From assembly GCA_041687475.1 (NCBI GenBank), contig JAWLBW010000003.1, forward strand, positions 1 through 49,265: a stretch of 49,265 nucleotides of DNA, read 5' to 3'. The translations under genes and the position numbers were made by a program. The DNA is from a bacterium (GTDB lineage Bacteria > J088 > JAWLBW01). Shown here in pieces: positions 9,701 through 18,900 of the stretch. Below the pieces are notes generated by a model. It worked only from the letters and a program-made list of their open reading frames with translations. It was not told the origin of the DNA and did no database searches. Position 1 is the first letter of the stretch. Each line of letters begins with the position of its first letter.

Positions 9701-10045
9701 CATGGGGCCGAAACGGTTGCCCTCGTCATCTTCGACGATGACCTGCAACTGCGTCGACGTAACGAGGCGTACCGAAAAGCTACCCTCGAACCGTCGCTCG
9801 GGCGACACCACGGGGGCTTCGTTCACGCCGAAGTACAGGCCGTAGGAGCTGTCGGGCGCTCTGACGGTGACATCGAGCGTGTAGGCCTGGTAGCGCCCGG
9901 GCGAAGGCGAAAAGGTCAGAACGGGAGCCCGTGGAGAGATCACGGCCCCCGGCCCGCCGGTATCGGTACCGTCTGCCCCGCAGGCAGACAGCAATACAAC
10001 CAACCAGGCCAGAATTCCGAATCCGAGCCCCCCTCCCCTGAACAC
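6794..10045 (-). CDS. Large multidomain lipoprotein (Ig-like / carboxypeptidase-regulatory-like domains), copy A
   Basis: Lipobox LSAC. FSPSPGRY (Fn3-associated/CHB_HEX_C-like start), Ig-like VVDGTPPEI...AVDRSGNE, DVDGDG loop, GRVVDQGGTPVRGAVV...SDDEGYFSL. Colinear paralog of 15984..19235; both are 1083 aa. Confidence 0.8.
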   Translation of the reverse strand: MFRGGGLGFGILAWLVVLLSACGADGTDTGGPGAVISPRAPVLTFSPSPGRYQAYTLDVTVRAPDSSYGLYFGVNEAPVVSPERRFEGSFSVRLVTSTQLQVIVEDDEGNRFGPMVHEYVFERVSTDAWCELVTPPERFFKTGVAIPLSVRYRLPVALSYPELSIDGQSVPLSVDDFAGQVTAQVGPFDTDREHRAQCLVRLPGGSAHVGNAWDFVVDGTPPEIAWKTTGFSFDRDTWKNALLLEASDGLAGLERVEMCNPASEACLALAAEPELPGVYTFATALTEGTSSLAQLQPRAVDRSGNERTAAPKNLDLTAFAGMRQVQEPEPIVMRTESVFDLTGHVGEAPSEVRLLHVDGWEPYTGSLHDIALASGWNEFAYRRYGRHEWETHAVYHAGLAAVLPGDRRWLVYASNATSPAGEWRPVEDLYLDAGGEYARDWFNIPHLLFVEDVDGDGRWSTFDRAFTDPTDRFAGVDDAEPWRSRGAPLSLTPLALAPQQPDYVREMTVTVEGGVDASRLVFEWRSERFGFPVSHVTYDDLAFPAAVSVPASGYCTFYADDVTGVRADGILSKGEARNTVPCWVDEVNVATRPGPFSVVDIGESAPLGSIFVVMTGVSYGSLVTGEIRYRAPGNLSDAGVVASYAVTADFEEATPGAAWLMVNWRYPLLDAEVVLWNEGEALAPQYFSTSAASTCSACGFEVSIEDEAGLPAPALVYVGDTVVGRSDATGTAYLDEAPAVGSRLHAFRQNRLLEKRSITEATEAVVLRMLETSDTLGGRVVDQGGTPVRGAVVRWNNNGYLSESTSDDEGYFSLPVSGDTGEVSMAHDDLLWSRTVTAGAWVEFTLPRERNADDPRGMVVHQGAPDRVCAEFSSTSACAQPAPATLVEDMYQEPPYWSLVTTASMPGAWWADWEGVMARAFLLPGLLPALAAPNLLPFVLPGGWGLQMLAQEARCGQWRQASLGIVLAQGDCWSWVAHDEYQTYILANLNTLGAPKHTGLGYLSAVAEGPGGVEPPDQVLVFEELLLGRSIVLPVRDGQVVAALPYGVYSVRTQAGQPVSVPATGNRVYVSAVGSSWITLKLP

Positions 10046-10048
10046 CTT

Positions 10049-13000
10049 CTACCTGCTCCGTTCCCGTCTGCGCCAGGCAAGCACGGTCAACACCCCGGCC
10101 AGCAGGAGCCCTCCGATGTCGCCCGACTTGGCCTGACCGCAGGAAATACCGAACGTGCGTTCCCACCAGGGGGCTTCGCCACCGTTGTAGTGCATGCGGG
10201 CGCCGCTTTCGTTACCGGCGGCATCACGCGCTCTTACCTGCAATACGTGCTCGCCGCGGGTAAGTCCCCGCAACGGTACCGTATCGCCCGTCAGCGTCAT
10301 CCAGTCATCGCCGTCCCAGGTGTACTCGACGGTAATCGCGTCGCGGCTGGCCTGGGCGTCGGAAACGTCGACGGTAATGGGCGCGCCGCCCGTTCCCCCG
10401 CGCAGGTCGATGCGCGGAGCAACCGTGTCGACCCGGAAGGTGTAGTCGCTGGCTTCCAGGGCGACCTTCGGACCGGCATCGGTGTATTCGACGGCCCTCA
10501 CCTTCAAAGTATGCTGCCCTTCGGTCAGCCCCGAGAGCGAAATGGCCTCGTCGTTTTCGGGTGTGTGCCAGAAGCCCCCGTCAAGCGACCAGGTGTAACC
10601 GACGCGGGTTTCCTTGCCCAGGTGCGCGAAGGAGCCGAACGACTGCACCGGTATTTTCGGCGAAGTCGAACCGAACCAGGTCTGACGTTCGGCCAGGGGC
10701 ACGAGCGCCTTCGGTTCAATGCTGCCCGGCGGCGAAAGAAGCGCCGCGGTTTCAAGCAGGCTGAAGACGTTCAGATTGCCGAGGAAGCGGGCATAGACGC
10801 CCAAGTAGTCGCCCTGCCCGATGCCGTCGTCGTTCGGCCCGTCGGGGCCGACGTAAAGCGCATCGATGGTGAAGTTGGCGAAGTTCATGCGCGAGACGAA
10901 AAACAGGCTCACGAACGAATTCATCAACGTCGGCACCGCCTGCGAAATACCCATGCGGTTGCATCGCGCCGAGCCGTCGCAGAAAGTGCGCTCGATGACG
11001 ACCGACGAAGACCCACGCGTGGTGCCGATATCGCTGAAATAGCCGGCGGGGAAGTCGGTGCCGTTCTCCCAATCGTTGATCAGCGTTTCACTGTTCAGAT
11101 CGACGTATATCTCATAGTAACCCGACACCGTACGCACGTTGACGTAGGGACTGGTGCACTGCGGATCGTTGAAGAGCGGATCGAGGTGGAAACATCTACG
11201 CACCGACTGCACGTGAAGGCCGAGCACCGGCGTCCAGTACATGGTGAGCACCGAAACCTCGCCCCCCTCGGGATCGTCGAGCACGAAGTCGAGCTTGATA
11301 TCGGGCACGGCAATGCTCAGCGAGTACGGGCCGCGCATGGGCAGCGGCGCCTCGGCCGGATTGTCGCCGGCCTGCGGCACGAAGTCCAGATTACCCAGTC
11401 CGGTACGCACCCGCGGCGTGGCCGTGGGGGTAAGACGAACCTTCATGTATCTGCCCGGAAACAGCGAGGCCACTTCGGGAATGAAGGCGCTGAAGCGTTC
11501 GGTCGCCAGCAGGTCTTTCCAAGGCGTATCGGCCCCGGTCGTATCCTGGGCGGCAAATTCGAGGCACCCGGCTCCGGAAGCGAACACCGCCTGCAGGAAC
11601 TGGGCGATTGATCGCTGGTGCAGATGCAGGCTGAAGTCGTAGCGCACCGGGTTCGGTTCGCGGCTGTTCCAGTCGTTTGCATTCTGCTGGAAGACATAAT
11701 TTCCCGGCACCTCGTCCCAGGCACCGATGGTCGCCCGCGAACCGGGGGTAATCATGCCCGAGCCGACCGGCGCCGGATCGTAGGTCGGGTGGAAGCTTGG
11801 CCAGGTCGTGCGCGGATACAGCGCGGCAAAATCGGCCGCGGTGCCACCGTTACTGCGCAGCGTGCGCGGCCCGGCAACGCCGTCGGCCGACAGACACCAC
11901 GACGGCGGGCGCTTGTCTTCGGGAATCGGGCCCGAGAAATACTCGGGTATGCGCGCATACTGGCCGAGGGTTACCTGACCGCCCGTCTTCGGGTTGATAT
12001 AGGTGCCGCTTGCTCCGGTCACGTAGTCATTGCCGTCGATGACCTGGTCGACATCGCGGGTGGCCGGATGGCTGCCCAACGAGCAGTTGCCGCCACACCC
12101 CGTCGTATCGGGGTTCATGAGGGTCGGCACGCCGAAGACCGAGTCGGGCAGCGGCGGGTCGTTGTTGTCGATGTCCATGACGTTGTTCGGCCCCACCGGC
12201 GGGCGGAAGGCCAACGGTTTGAACCCGAGCGAAAGTCGCAGGTCGGCGGCCTCGGAGTTGGCCGTGGGCCCGGGCTGCATGAAGACCGGCCACCGCACCG
12301 TGCCGTCGGGCATGGTCTTGTAGGCGCCCGGGTAATTGCCGCCGACGGCATAAATGCCGTTGTCGATGAGCGCCGTACCCATGTTGATCGGGTCGCCGAG
12401 CACCGAGTTGAGGTTCGGAATTTCAGCCGCGAATTCCTCGAGGAAGGGCGCGATCATATCGGTGAGTGCGTCTTCGATAATCGGAATGAGCATGTCGGGC
12501 ACGCCCAGGGGAATACCGATACCGAGAATGGTAACGTCGTCGTTCAGTACGTCGCAGAACGAAAAATCGATCGAGCCCAGAATGCCGGCGTCAAGTGAGA
12601 CGTCATCGGGACAGTCGGCCGACGGAAACACGAACGGGTCGGTACGGTTCAGCCGCAGATCCTGGACCGTAGCCTCGAAGGTCAGGCGCGACGGGTTCAG
12701 CTTTCCGTCGTTGAACTGGTTGAAGACATCTTCGCAGGCAGCCGGATTGGCCGGGGTGCACGAAGAGTCGTCGACGCTGAAAATGCGAAGGGTGGCGTCG
12801 ACCTCGAGGCTGTGGAAGCCCACGTAGCCCATGATGCGACGATTCGGATTGTTCGAAACGTCGGGCAGGGGCCAGGGCATATCGCTCAAGCGCAGGTCGG
12901 CGGCTGCCGCCAGCTCGAGTCTGATATCGGGGGCGCTCAGCTTGATCTCGATGCGCGGGTCGGTGCCGCCGAACAGCTGGAACTGATCGAGGCTCAACAT

Positions 13001-14548
13001 GTACCAGCCGCCGCCGGGGGCAAAACGGTTTTCCATGTTCGTGAGCCGGTAATTGGCAGGTCTCGGCGTACCGCCGTTGATGGTCGTGCAGGCGGCATTG
13101 TCGCAGGGCGGCTGTGCGCCGCAGCGACCCGGCGAGCTGTAACCGCCCGTATCGGGATGCCCCGGATACAACCACTTGTTGTCGTCGTTGTCGATATTGT
13201 AAGAGCCGTCGGCGTTCCAGGTATCGAAGGGCCGGCACGCCTGCCAGCGGTTTTCCTCGAAACTCCAGTACGACTTCGGAAGCACGCAATTGGCAACCGG
13301 CGTGTTGGCTCTGATGTACCGCGGCTTACCGTTGCCGTCAAGCTGTCCGGTATAGAAGTGATCGGGACCGCAACCCCGGGTTCCATTGAAGGAACTGCGG
13401 TTGACGCTGTGCACCTGCATCTGCTTGTAATTGATGTACAGCGCCTGATCGTCGCCGCCACGGAAATAGGTGCCCGACAACCGGTTGTATGAGCTCGAAG
13501 AATTGTAACCGCTCGCCGTGGTGGGCAAATTCTTCATCCACGTGTCGTAGCGCACGTAACCGTTCAGCGGGTTGCAGACCGGTCGGTACTTGTTCTTGTC
13601 GGACAGTGGCCAGACACAGTCGTGCTTACCGTCGACCACGCAATAGTGGCCGGTAGGGCAGTCGAAATATTCGCCGACCAGGTAGGCCGACAGGCTGTCG
13701 AGTCCGTAATAGGAGCCGCGCTTGACCGTGGGCGTCCAGTTGTCCATGGCAGGACGAGAACCGCCGACGGTATCGACCCGCTCATGCTCGACGTGCGAGT
13801 TGGGGTACAGGAACAGTCGAATGCTGTAGTCGAGGTCGATGCCCAGGGCGACATCGTTCAACGTCGCGCCGCAGGCCCCCGTATCGCCCGAACCGGCATC
13901 CTTCGAACCGTAGTAGGTCGTGCAGAACTGAAGCTGGTAGAAAGCGTTGGTGCCCTTTGCGATGTAGAAACCGTTTTCACGAAAATGAGGCCTTACCTGT
14001 GTGGGAATCGAGGGATAGCCGGCAAGGGTTCCGGGGCGCCGCACCTGCAGCCACAAGTTACTCGGTGCTCGCTTATTGGTCTTGTTGCAGGCGTAGCCGC
14101 ACTGCACGCTGCGCGATTCGCCGCCGCCGATGCAGTTGCTCCAGTTGCAGGTTTCGTAGTTTACGGGCCGCGAGATGGTGTCGTAGCGTACCCAGTCCCA
14201 CAGCATGGGGGTCGTGCGCATCAGGCCGGCCGTACCATGGGTCTGAAAATCGTAACCCGGGTCGAGAATGAGGTTGGCGCCCGCACTATCGAGATGCGGC
14301 GTACCCCACTGGTTGAACGTGTCGCGAATGGTTATGCGCAGGTAGTCCCATGCGCCCTTTGTCAGACGTAGCCTGGCAGCAGTACCGGTGACGTTGGGGT
14401 CGGAAATGGGCAGGGCCTTGCTGATCGGCCCGTCGTAGGTTGCCGTGCCCCCATCGTAAACGTTCTGCGTGTTCGCGTCGGCGACGCGAACCGTCGTCGA
14501 CAGGACCAGTAAGCTGAGTAATGCGGTAAGAATGGGCTTTTTCATCAT
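10049..14548 (-). CDS. Giant Cys-rich surface protein with BPI/LBP(TULIP)-like motifs, C-terminal Ig-like domains and MYXO-CTERM-like sorting tail, copy A
   Basis: Signal peptide, GTAARLRLTKGAWDYL and FSLHLHQRSIAQFLQAVFASGAGCL. Ig-like GLTEGQHTLKVRAV, VDTVAP and VRARDAAGN. Tail SC-x8-GLLLAGVLTVLAW-RRR. TAATG overlap with the upstream gene. Confidence 0.8.
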   Translation of the reverse strand: MMKKPILTALLSLLVLSTTVRVADANTQNVYDGGTATYDGPISKALPISDPNVTGTAARLRLTKGAWDYLRITIRDTFNQWGTPHLDSAGANLILDPGYDFQTHGTAGLMRTTPMLWDWVRYDTISRPVNYETCNWSNCIGGGESRSVQCGYACNKTNKRAPSNLWLQVRRPGTLAGYPSIPTQVRPHFRENGFYIAKGTNAFYQLQFCTTYYGSKDAGSGDTGACGATLNDVALGIDLDYSIRLFLYPNSHVEHERVDTVGGSRPAMDNWTPTVKRGSYYGLDSLSAYLVGEYFDCPTGHYCVVDGKHDCVWPLSDKNKYRPVCNPLNGYVRYDTWMKNLPTTASGYNSSSSYNRLSGTYFRGGDDQALYINYKQMQVHSVNRSSFNGTRGCGPDHFYTGQLDGNGKPRYIRANTPVANCVLPKSYWSFEENRWQACRPFDTWNADGSYNIDNDDNKWLYPGHPDTGGYSSPGRCGAQPPCDNAACTTINGGTPRPANYRLTNMENRFAPGGGWYMLSLDQFQLFGGTDPRIEIKLSAPDIRLELAAAADLRLSDMPWPLPDVSNNPNRRIMGYVGFHSLEVDATLRIFSVDDSSCTPANPAACEDVFNQFNDGKLNPSRLTFEATVQDLRLNRTDPFVFPSADCPDDVSLDAGILGSIDFSFCDVLNDDVTILGIGIPLGVPDMLIPIIEDALTDMIAPFLEEFAAEIPNLNSVLGDPINMGTALIDNGIYAVGGNYPGAYKTMPDGTVRWPVFMQPGPTANSEAADLRLSLGFKPLAFRPPVGPNNVMDIDNNDPPLPDSVFGVPTLMNPDTTGCGGNCSLGSHPATRDVDQVIDGNDYVTGASGTYINPKTGGQVTLGQYARIPEYFSGPIPEDKRPPSWCLSADGVAGPRTLRSNGGTAADFAALYPRTTWPSFHPTYDPAPVGSGMITPGSRATIGAWDEVPGNYVFQQNANDWNSREPNPVRYDFSLHLHQRSIAQFLQAVFASGAGCLEFAAQDTTGADTPWKDLLATERFSAFIPEVASLFPGRYMKVRLTPTATPRVRTGLGNLDFVPQAGDNPAEAPLPMRGPYSLSIAVPDIKLDFVLDDPEGGEVSVLTMYWTPVLGLHVQSVRRCFHLDPLFNDPQCTSPYVNVRTVSGYYEIYVDLNSETLINDWENGTDFPAGYFSDIGTTRGSSSVVIERTFCDGSARCNRMGISQAVPTLMNSFVSLFFVSRMNFANFTIDALYVGPDGPNDDGIGQGDYLGVYARFLGNLNVFSLLETAALLSPPGSIEPKALVPLAERQTWFGSTSPKIPVQSFGSFAHLGKETRVGYTWSLDGGFWHTPENDEAISLSGLTEGQHTLKVRAVEYTDAGPKVALEASDYTFRVDTVAPRIDLRGGTGGAPITVDVSDAQASRDAITVEYTWDGDDWMTLTGDTVPLRGLTRGEHVLQVRARDAAGNESGARMHYNGGEAPWWERTFGISCGQAKSGDIGGLLLAGVLTVLAWRRRERSR

Positions 14549-15492
14549 TACTCTCCGGCAGGTTCGCAGGCGGTGAGATCGACTCCGGGCGGCGCGCCGT
14601 CCGGATTGCCGCAGTATTCAATCGCCAGTCTCTTCCGACCATGCTTGAGCAGAGCCTGCTCGGCCCGGGCCGGTTCGTGCGCCGCGATCAGCGATGCCAG
14701 GGCATAAGCCTCGAGCATGGCGCTGTCCTGGCGTCCGGCGCGGTTGGCGACATATTCGGGCTTCGCTTCAACCAACCGTTCGATGTGCCGGCTGGTGAGC
14801 CATGCCCCGAAACCGCCGCGCAACAGGTCGACGACTGCAAGCAGGAATTGGTCATCGCTGCGATAGTCGGCGCCCGCCACGAACGCGACCAGCGGCCAGG
14901 CTTTGGCGTCGTACCACGCCTGCGACACACAGTCATTGGTTTTCAGGAAGTGCAGCACGCGCAACTTGCCGAGCTCAAGCTGTACGGGCACACGGGTCAT
15001 GAGGCGATCAACCATCTGTTCGTTCCACGAGCGCTGGTCGCTGCGACAGGAAGAAACCAGAATGTTCAGGTCGGCAACGGCCTGCATTGCGTACCTGAAC
15101 TGCTCTCTTGGCGTCGAGCCTGGCGACATGCTGTCGCTCTTCAGCACCATGCCCGTCGATCCCGGGCGCACCGGCAGCGGCACCCCACGGGTCAGGCGAT
15201 CGTCATCGGACAGTTTCGAAACATAGGCCTCAAAGCCCATTTCGATGGGAAAAGCGGCTTCGATGCTCTGCAGTCCGTAGGCAAGGAAGCGCCCCTCGGT
15301 AAGGCCTCCTGAAAACGCCCGACTGAGCGCCTCTTCGAGCTTCGCAGCAAGGCTGTCGACCGTATAGCCGTAGTAAATGGGGCCGGAAACCGCCTTTTCG
15401 CCGGAAGGCGATGCATGCACCGTCTGCCCCGACAAAAGGATGCCGACCATGCCAAAGACGCCCATGAACAACGCGAAAACCAGCTTTCTCAT
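14548..15492 (-). CDS. Secreted alpha-helical hypothetical protein, copy A (first gene of the operon)
   Basis: Signal peptide MRKLVFALF...VHA, purine-rich RBS, four Cys conserved with the paralog 23717..24670. ORF extends to 15516. Confidence 0.75.
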   Translation of the reverse strand: MRKLVFALFMGVFGMVGILLSGQTVHASPSGEKAVSGPIYYGYTVDSLAAKLEEALSRAFSGGLTEGRFLAYGLQSIEAAFPIEMGFEAYVSKLSDDDRLTRGVPLPVRPGSTGMVLKSDSMSPGSTPREQFRYAMQAVADLNILVSSCRSDQRSWNEQMVDRLMTRVPVQLELGKLRVLHFLKTNDCVSQAWYDAKAWPLVAFVAGADYRSDDQFLLAVVDLLRGGFGAWLTSRHIERLVEAKPEYVANRAGRQDSAMLEAYALASLIAAHEPARAEQALLKHGRKRLAIEYCGNPDGAPPGVDLTACEPAGE

Positions 15493-15629
15493 CTCCCACT
15501 CCCCTACAACTGACACTGCAAGGCTTCATCCTGGAGTCGAGCTCGTTGCCGGAACTCAAAGGGGGAAGCAAGTACCTTCGGGCTCGCCGAAAAAGCACCG
15601 TCTACCCATTCACCAAGGTAAAAAGCAAC

Positions 15630-15660
15630 CACATAATACCACAGCCCATAGGGGGCGCAA
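15630..15660 (-). promoter_or_regulatory. Putative sigma70-type promoter of operon copy A
   Basis: Minus strand TTGCGC-16 bp-TATTAT with an extended -10 (CTGTGGTATTATGTG). The same motif occurs upstream of copy B. Confidence 0.6.
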
Positions 15661-15983
15661 AGCCGAACAAGCAGAAGCTTACCCCCCTGTAACAAAGCGC
15701 TTCGCCCGACCGTGGGGTTACTACCTCGTTAGTTAATACGAAGGACTACTAAACAACTGTTTACTTAAAAATGTTCCAGGTTCATCCGCGCCTTTCTCCA
15801 TCAGGGATTCAGGAGCGCCTGCTCTACGTAGAAATATAACCGTGCAAAGAGCCGGCCGCGCAACCGTGAGGGTCACGCTCCATGCATGGGTACCTTTCTG
15901 GTGGAAAACCGCAAAACAGAATCGACAGAGTCGACCGGTACCGGCACTCGTCGTTCTACGACGCCTGGACTTCCGGCATCGGC

Positions 15984-18900
15984 TCAGGGAAGCGTCAGTG
16001 CGTGGTTCGTAGGGTGAACGGGCGAAATTCTGATCAGGTTGTCCGGGTCGTCGGTGAGAAGTCGGCGACCGTCGAGCACGTGAGCTTCGTATACGCCGTG
16101 CGGCACCGAAGCTTCCAGGTACCCGTCGTTCATCCAGGCCTGAATACTGCGTCCCAGAATAAGCTCGGTTAGAACCACGAGTTGGTTGCCAGGCGTGCCT
16201 CCACCATGATTGTTCACCGTGGCCGACAACAATCCGAGGCCTGCGTGGGAAGGCGCACCGAGCGTATTCAGGTTGGCCAGCACATAAGTCTGCCGGGCGT
16301 CGGATGCCAGCCATGTCCAACAGTCGGCGTGGGCCAGAAGCGCGCCATTCGGCTCTTGCCGCCACTGCCCGCACCAGGCTTCCTGGGCAAGCAAATCAAG
16401 CCCTTCGCTGATCGGCAGCTGAAATCCCGCCGTGTTCTCGGCACGAAACGAGGGAAGCGAACCCGGCAGAACAAACTTCCGCGACATGTACTCCCACTCG
16501 GCCCACCATTCGCCCGTCATGGACGCAGCCGTAACAAGCGTCCAGTAGGGTGCATCATAGGCGCTGCGGGTAACCAGCGAAGCCGGAGGGTCGCTCAGGC
16601 ACATACCGGCTCCGGCGAAGTGCCCGCATACCCTGACAGGTGCGCCGTCGGCTGAAATCAGCCCACGCGGATCGTGTGCCGCCGGCGGGCGGGGCAGCGA
16701 AAAGTCGACAATCGCCTCTGCCGAAACAGACTCGGACCGCGTGAATTGGCGGCCGTTTCCGCTCCAGCTCATCGTGATGGTGCCCCAGGGGTCGCTTACC
16801 GGCAAGGCATAGGCGCCGCTGTCATCCGAAGTGGTTTCCGACAGATAACCGTCGCTTTCCCAACGTAGAACCGCACCGCGAACGGCACTTCCCTCATGGT
16901 CCCTGACCACGCCCGTTACGGTCAGGGAATGTTCGAGAAGGCGCAGGTTCACCACGTCGGTGGGCGCGGTCACGTAAAGTTTTTCGAGCAGGCGATTCTG
17001 GCGGAAGGCCCATAGCTCCTGGCCGAACACCAACGAGTCGGACAGCATGGCGCGTCCCGTTACGTCGGAAAGCCCGTCAACCTGACCATCGACGTGAATC
17101 AACGCCTGAAGGTCGCCCCCCTCTTCGTCGATGACCCGTACCTCGACGGCACACCCGACGCATGCTTCTTCGGGAGCCGCGGTAAAGGACTGCGCGGGAA
17201 CCGATGCGTCAAGATTCCACACGCGAAGCTCGGCTTCGAGGCGAGGGTAAAGCCAGGGCTCGAAAAACCAGGCGGCGCCGGGAACAGCTTCATCGTAGTC
17301 GCCCGTCAACGGATAACGGGCAATCACCCCACTGTCGGAAAGACTGCCCGGCACGCGGTAAACCACTTCACCCGTCACGGCGGAACCGTACGCGACTCCG
17401 TATACGACCAGCGCAAGGATCTCTTCGGGTGGAAGCTCGCTCATTTCCATGGGCGCAAACGGCGCCGGGCGCGTTGCAATCTCAAAGCCGGTTGCGCCGC
17501 AGGGGCCTGAAACCCGCGCCTCGCCCCGGTTGAGAATTCCGTCGGAAACTCCCTCGCTGACGCGGTCGGCAAAGAAGGTACACCAGCCGCTTGCCGGTAC
17601 GGATACGTCGGCAGGGAAACTCAGGCCGTCCCACGAGTGATGGAGCGCCGGATAGTCGTTTCGTTCGGCCCGCCACTCGAAAACCACCCGGTCGGCCGCC
17701 ACACCCTCTTCGACCGCCAACACCGCCGCTTCCGTCAAGGCAGGCGGCGGGGGATTCCACTGAACCGGCGCAAAGACGACAGGTTCGCCCCGCGAACGCC
17801 AGGGAGGCGAATCGGCTCTACCGGCAAACGCGTCTGCGGCATCGGTGAAAACGCGGTCGTAGCTTCCCCAGCGGCCATCGGGCTCGACGTCTTCGACAAA
17901 AAGAAGATGCGGCACGTCAAGCCATGCTTCTTCCCAGAGACCGCCGCCCGGCAACTCGGCCGACAGGCGCCATTCGCCGGCGGGGCTGGTGCCGTTCGAC
18001 GCGTAAACCAGCCAATCGGCGCCTTCGGGCAGGCTTATCGACAGGCCTGCCCGGTAAACGGCGAAGGTTTCCCAGCTCTGCTTTCCGGTTCGCCGGTAGG
18101 CGAATTCATTCCACCCGGGAGAAAGCGCAACGGCATGCAGCGCGTCGGTGTACGGCTGCCAGCCGTCGGCGTGCAGCAGGCGAACATCGGCCACCGAGCC
18201 TCCCAGGGCTTCGAGCAGGTCGAAGTGGGCGGCCGTTACCATGGCAATGGCACTTCCCGCCTGGGCCGACCAGGGTTCGGCAAAGGCCGTCAAGTCAAGC
18301 GTTCGCTGTGGAGCAAGTCTCTCGTTGCCCGCAAGATCGATGGCCCGGGCATAGAGAACGGGCTGTACCGAAGTGCCGTCGGTCAGCGCAGTCGAATAAA
18401 CGTAGGCGCCCGGGCCGGACCCGGCCTCTTCGAGCGCAAGGCAGACGTCGTCGGGTGCGCGGCAGATCTCGACGCGCTCAAGCCCCGTGAAGGCATCGCC
18501 GGCCTCGAGACGAAGTTCATTCTTCCACGTGTCGCGATCATGCGTAAAGTCGGTCGTGATCCACCCGATTTCGGGTGGCGTGCCGTCGACCACGAAGTCC
18601 CACGTATTGCCGGCCCATGCCGTACCGCCGGGTAGTCGCACCAGACATTGCACTCGGTGCGAGCGGTCGTGCGAGAAAGGGCCCACGTCGGTCGTTACCG
18701 CTCCCGCGTAGTCGTCGGCGGCAAGCACGATGACTTCGCCGTCGAGCACGAGCTCGGGCCGGGCAAGCGACACCGGAAGCTTGTATTTCACGGCGACGGG
18801 CACCTTCTGCCCGGTCTGGTAATAAACCCGTGGGGGAACGTCAAGCTGGCACCAGGCATCACTCTGGGTGGGCTCGAGTATGTATTCGTAGCTCACAGGG

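Noticed and set aside
8708-11611. 967-aa plus-strand ORF, and other long antisense ORFs (4304..5923, 20406..22325, 28712..30283, 33612..35402, 37706..39505, 41202..43505)
   Set aside because: They lie opposite well-supported genes and have no recognisable motifs. Such shadow ORFs are expected in high-GC3 DNA.
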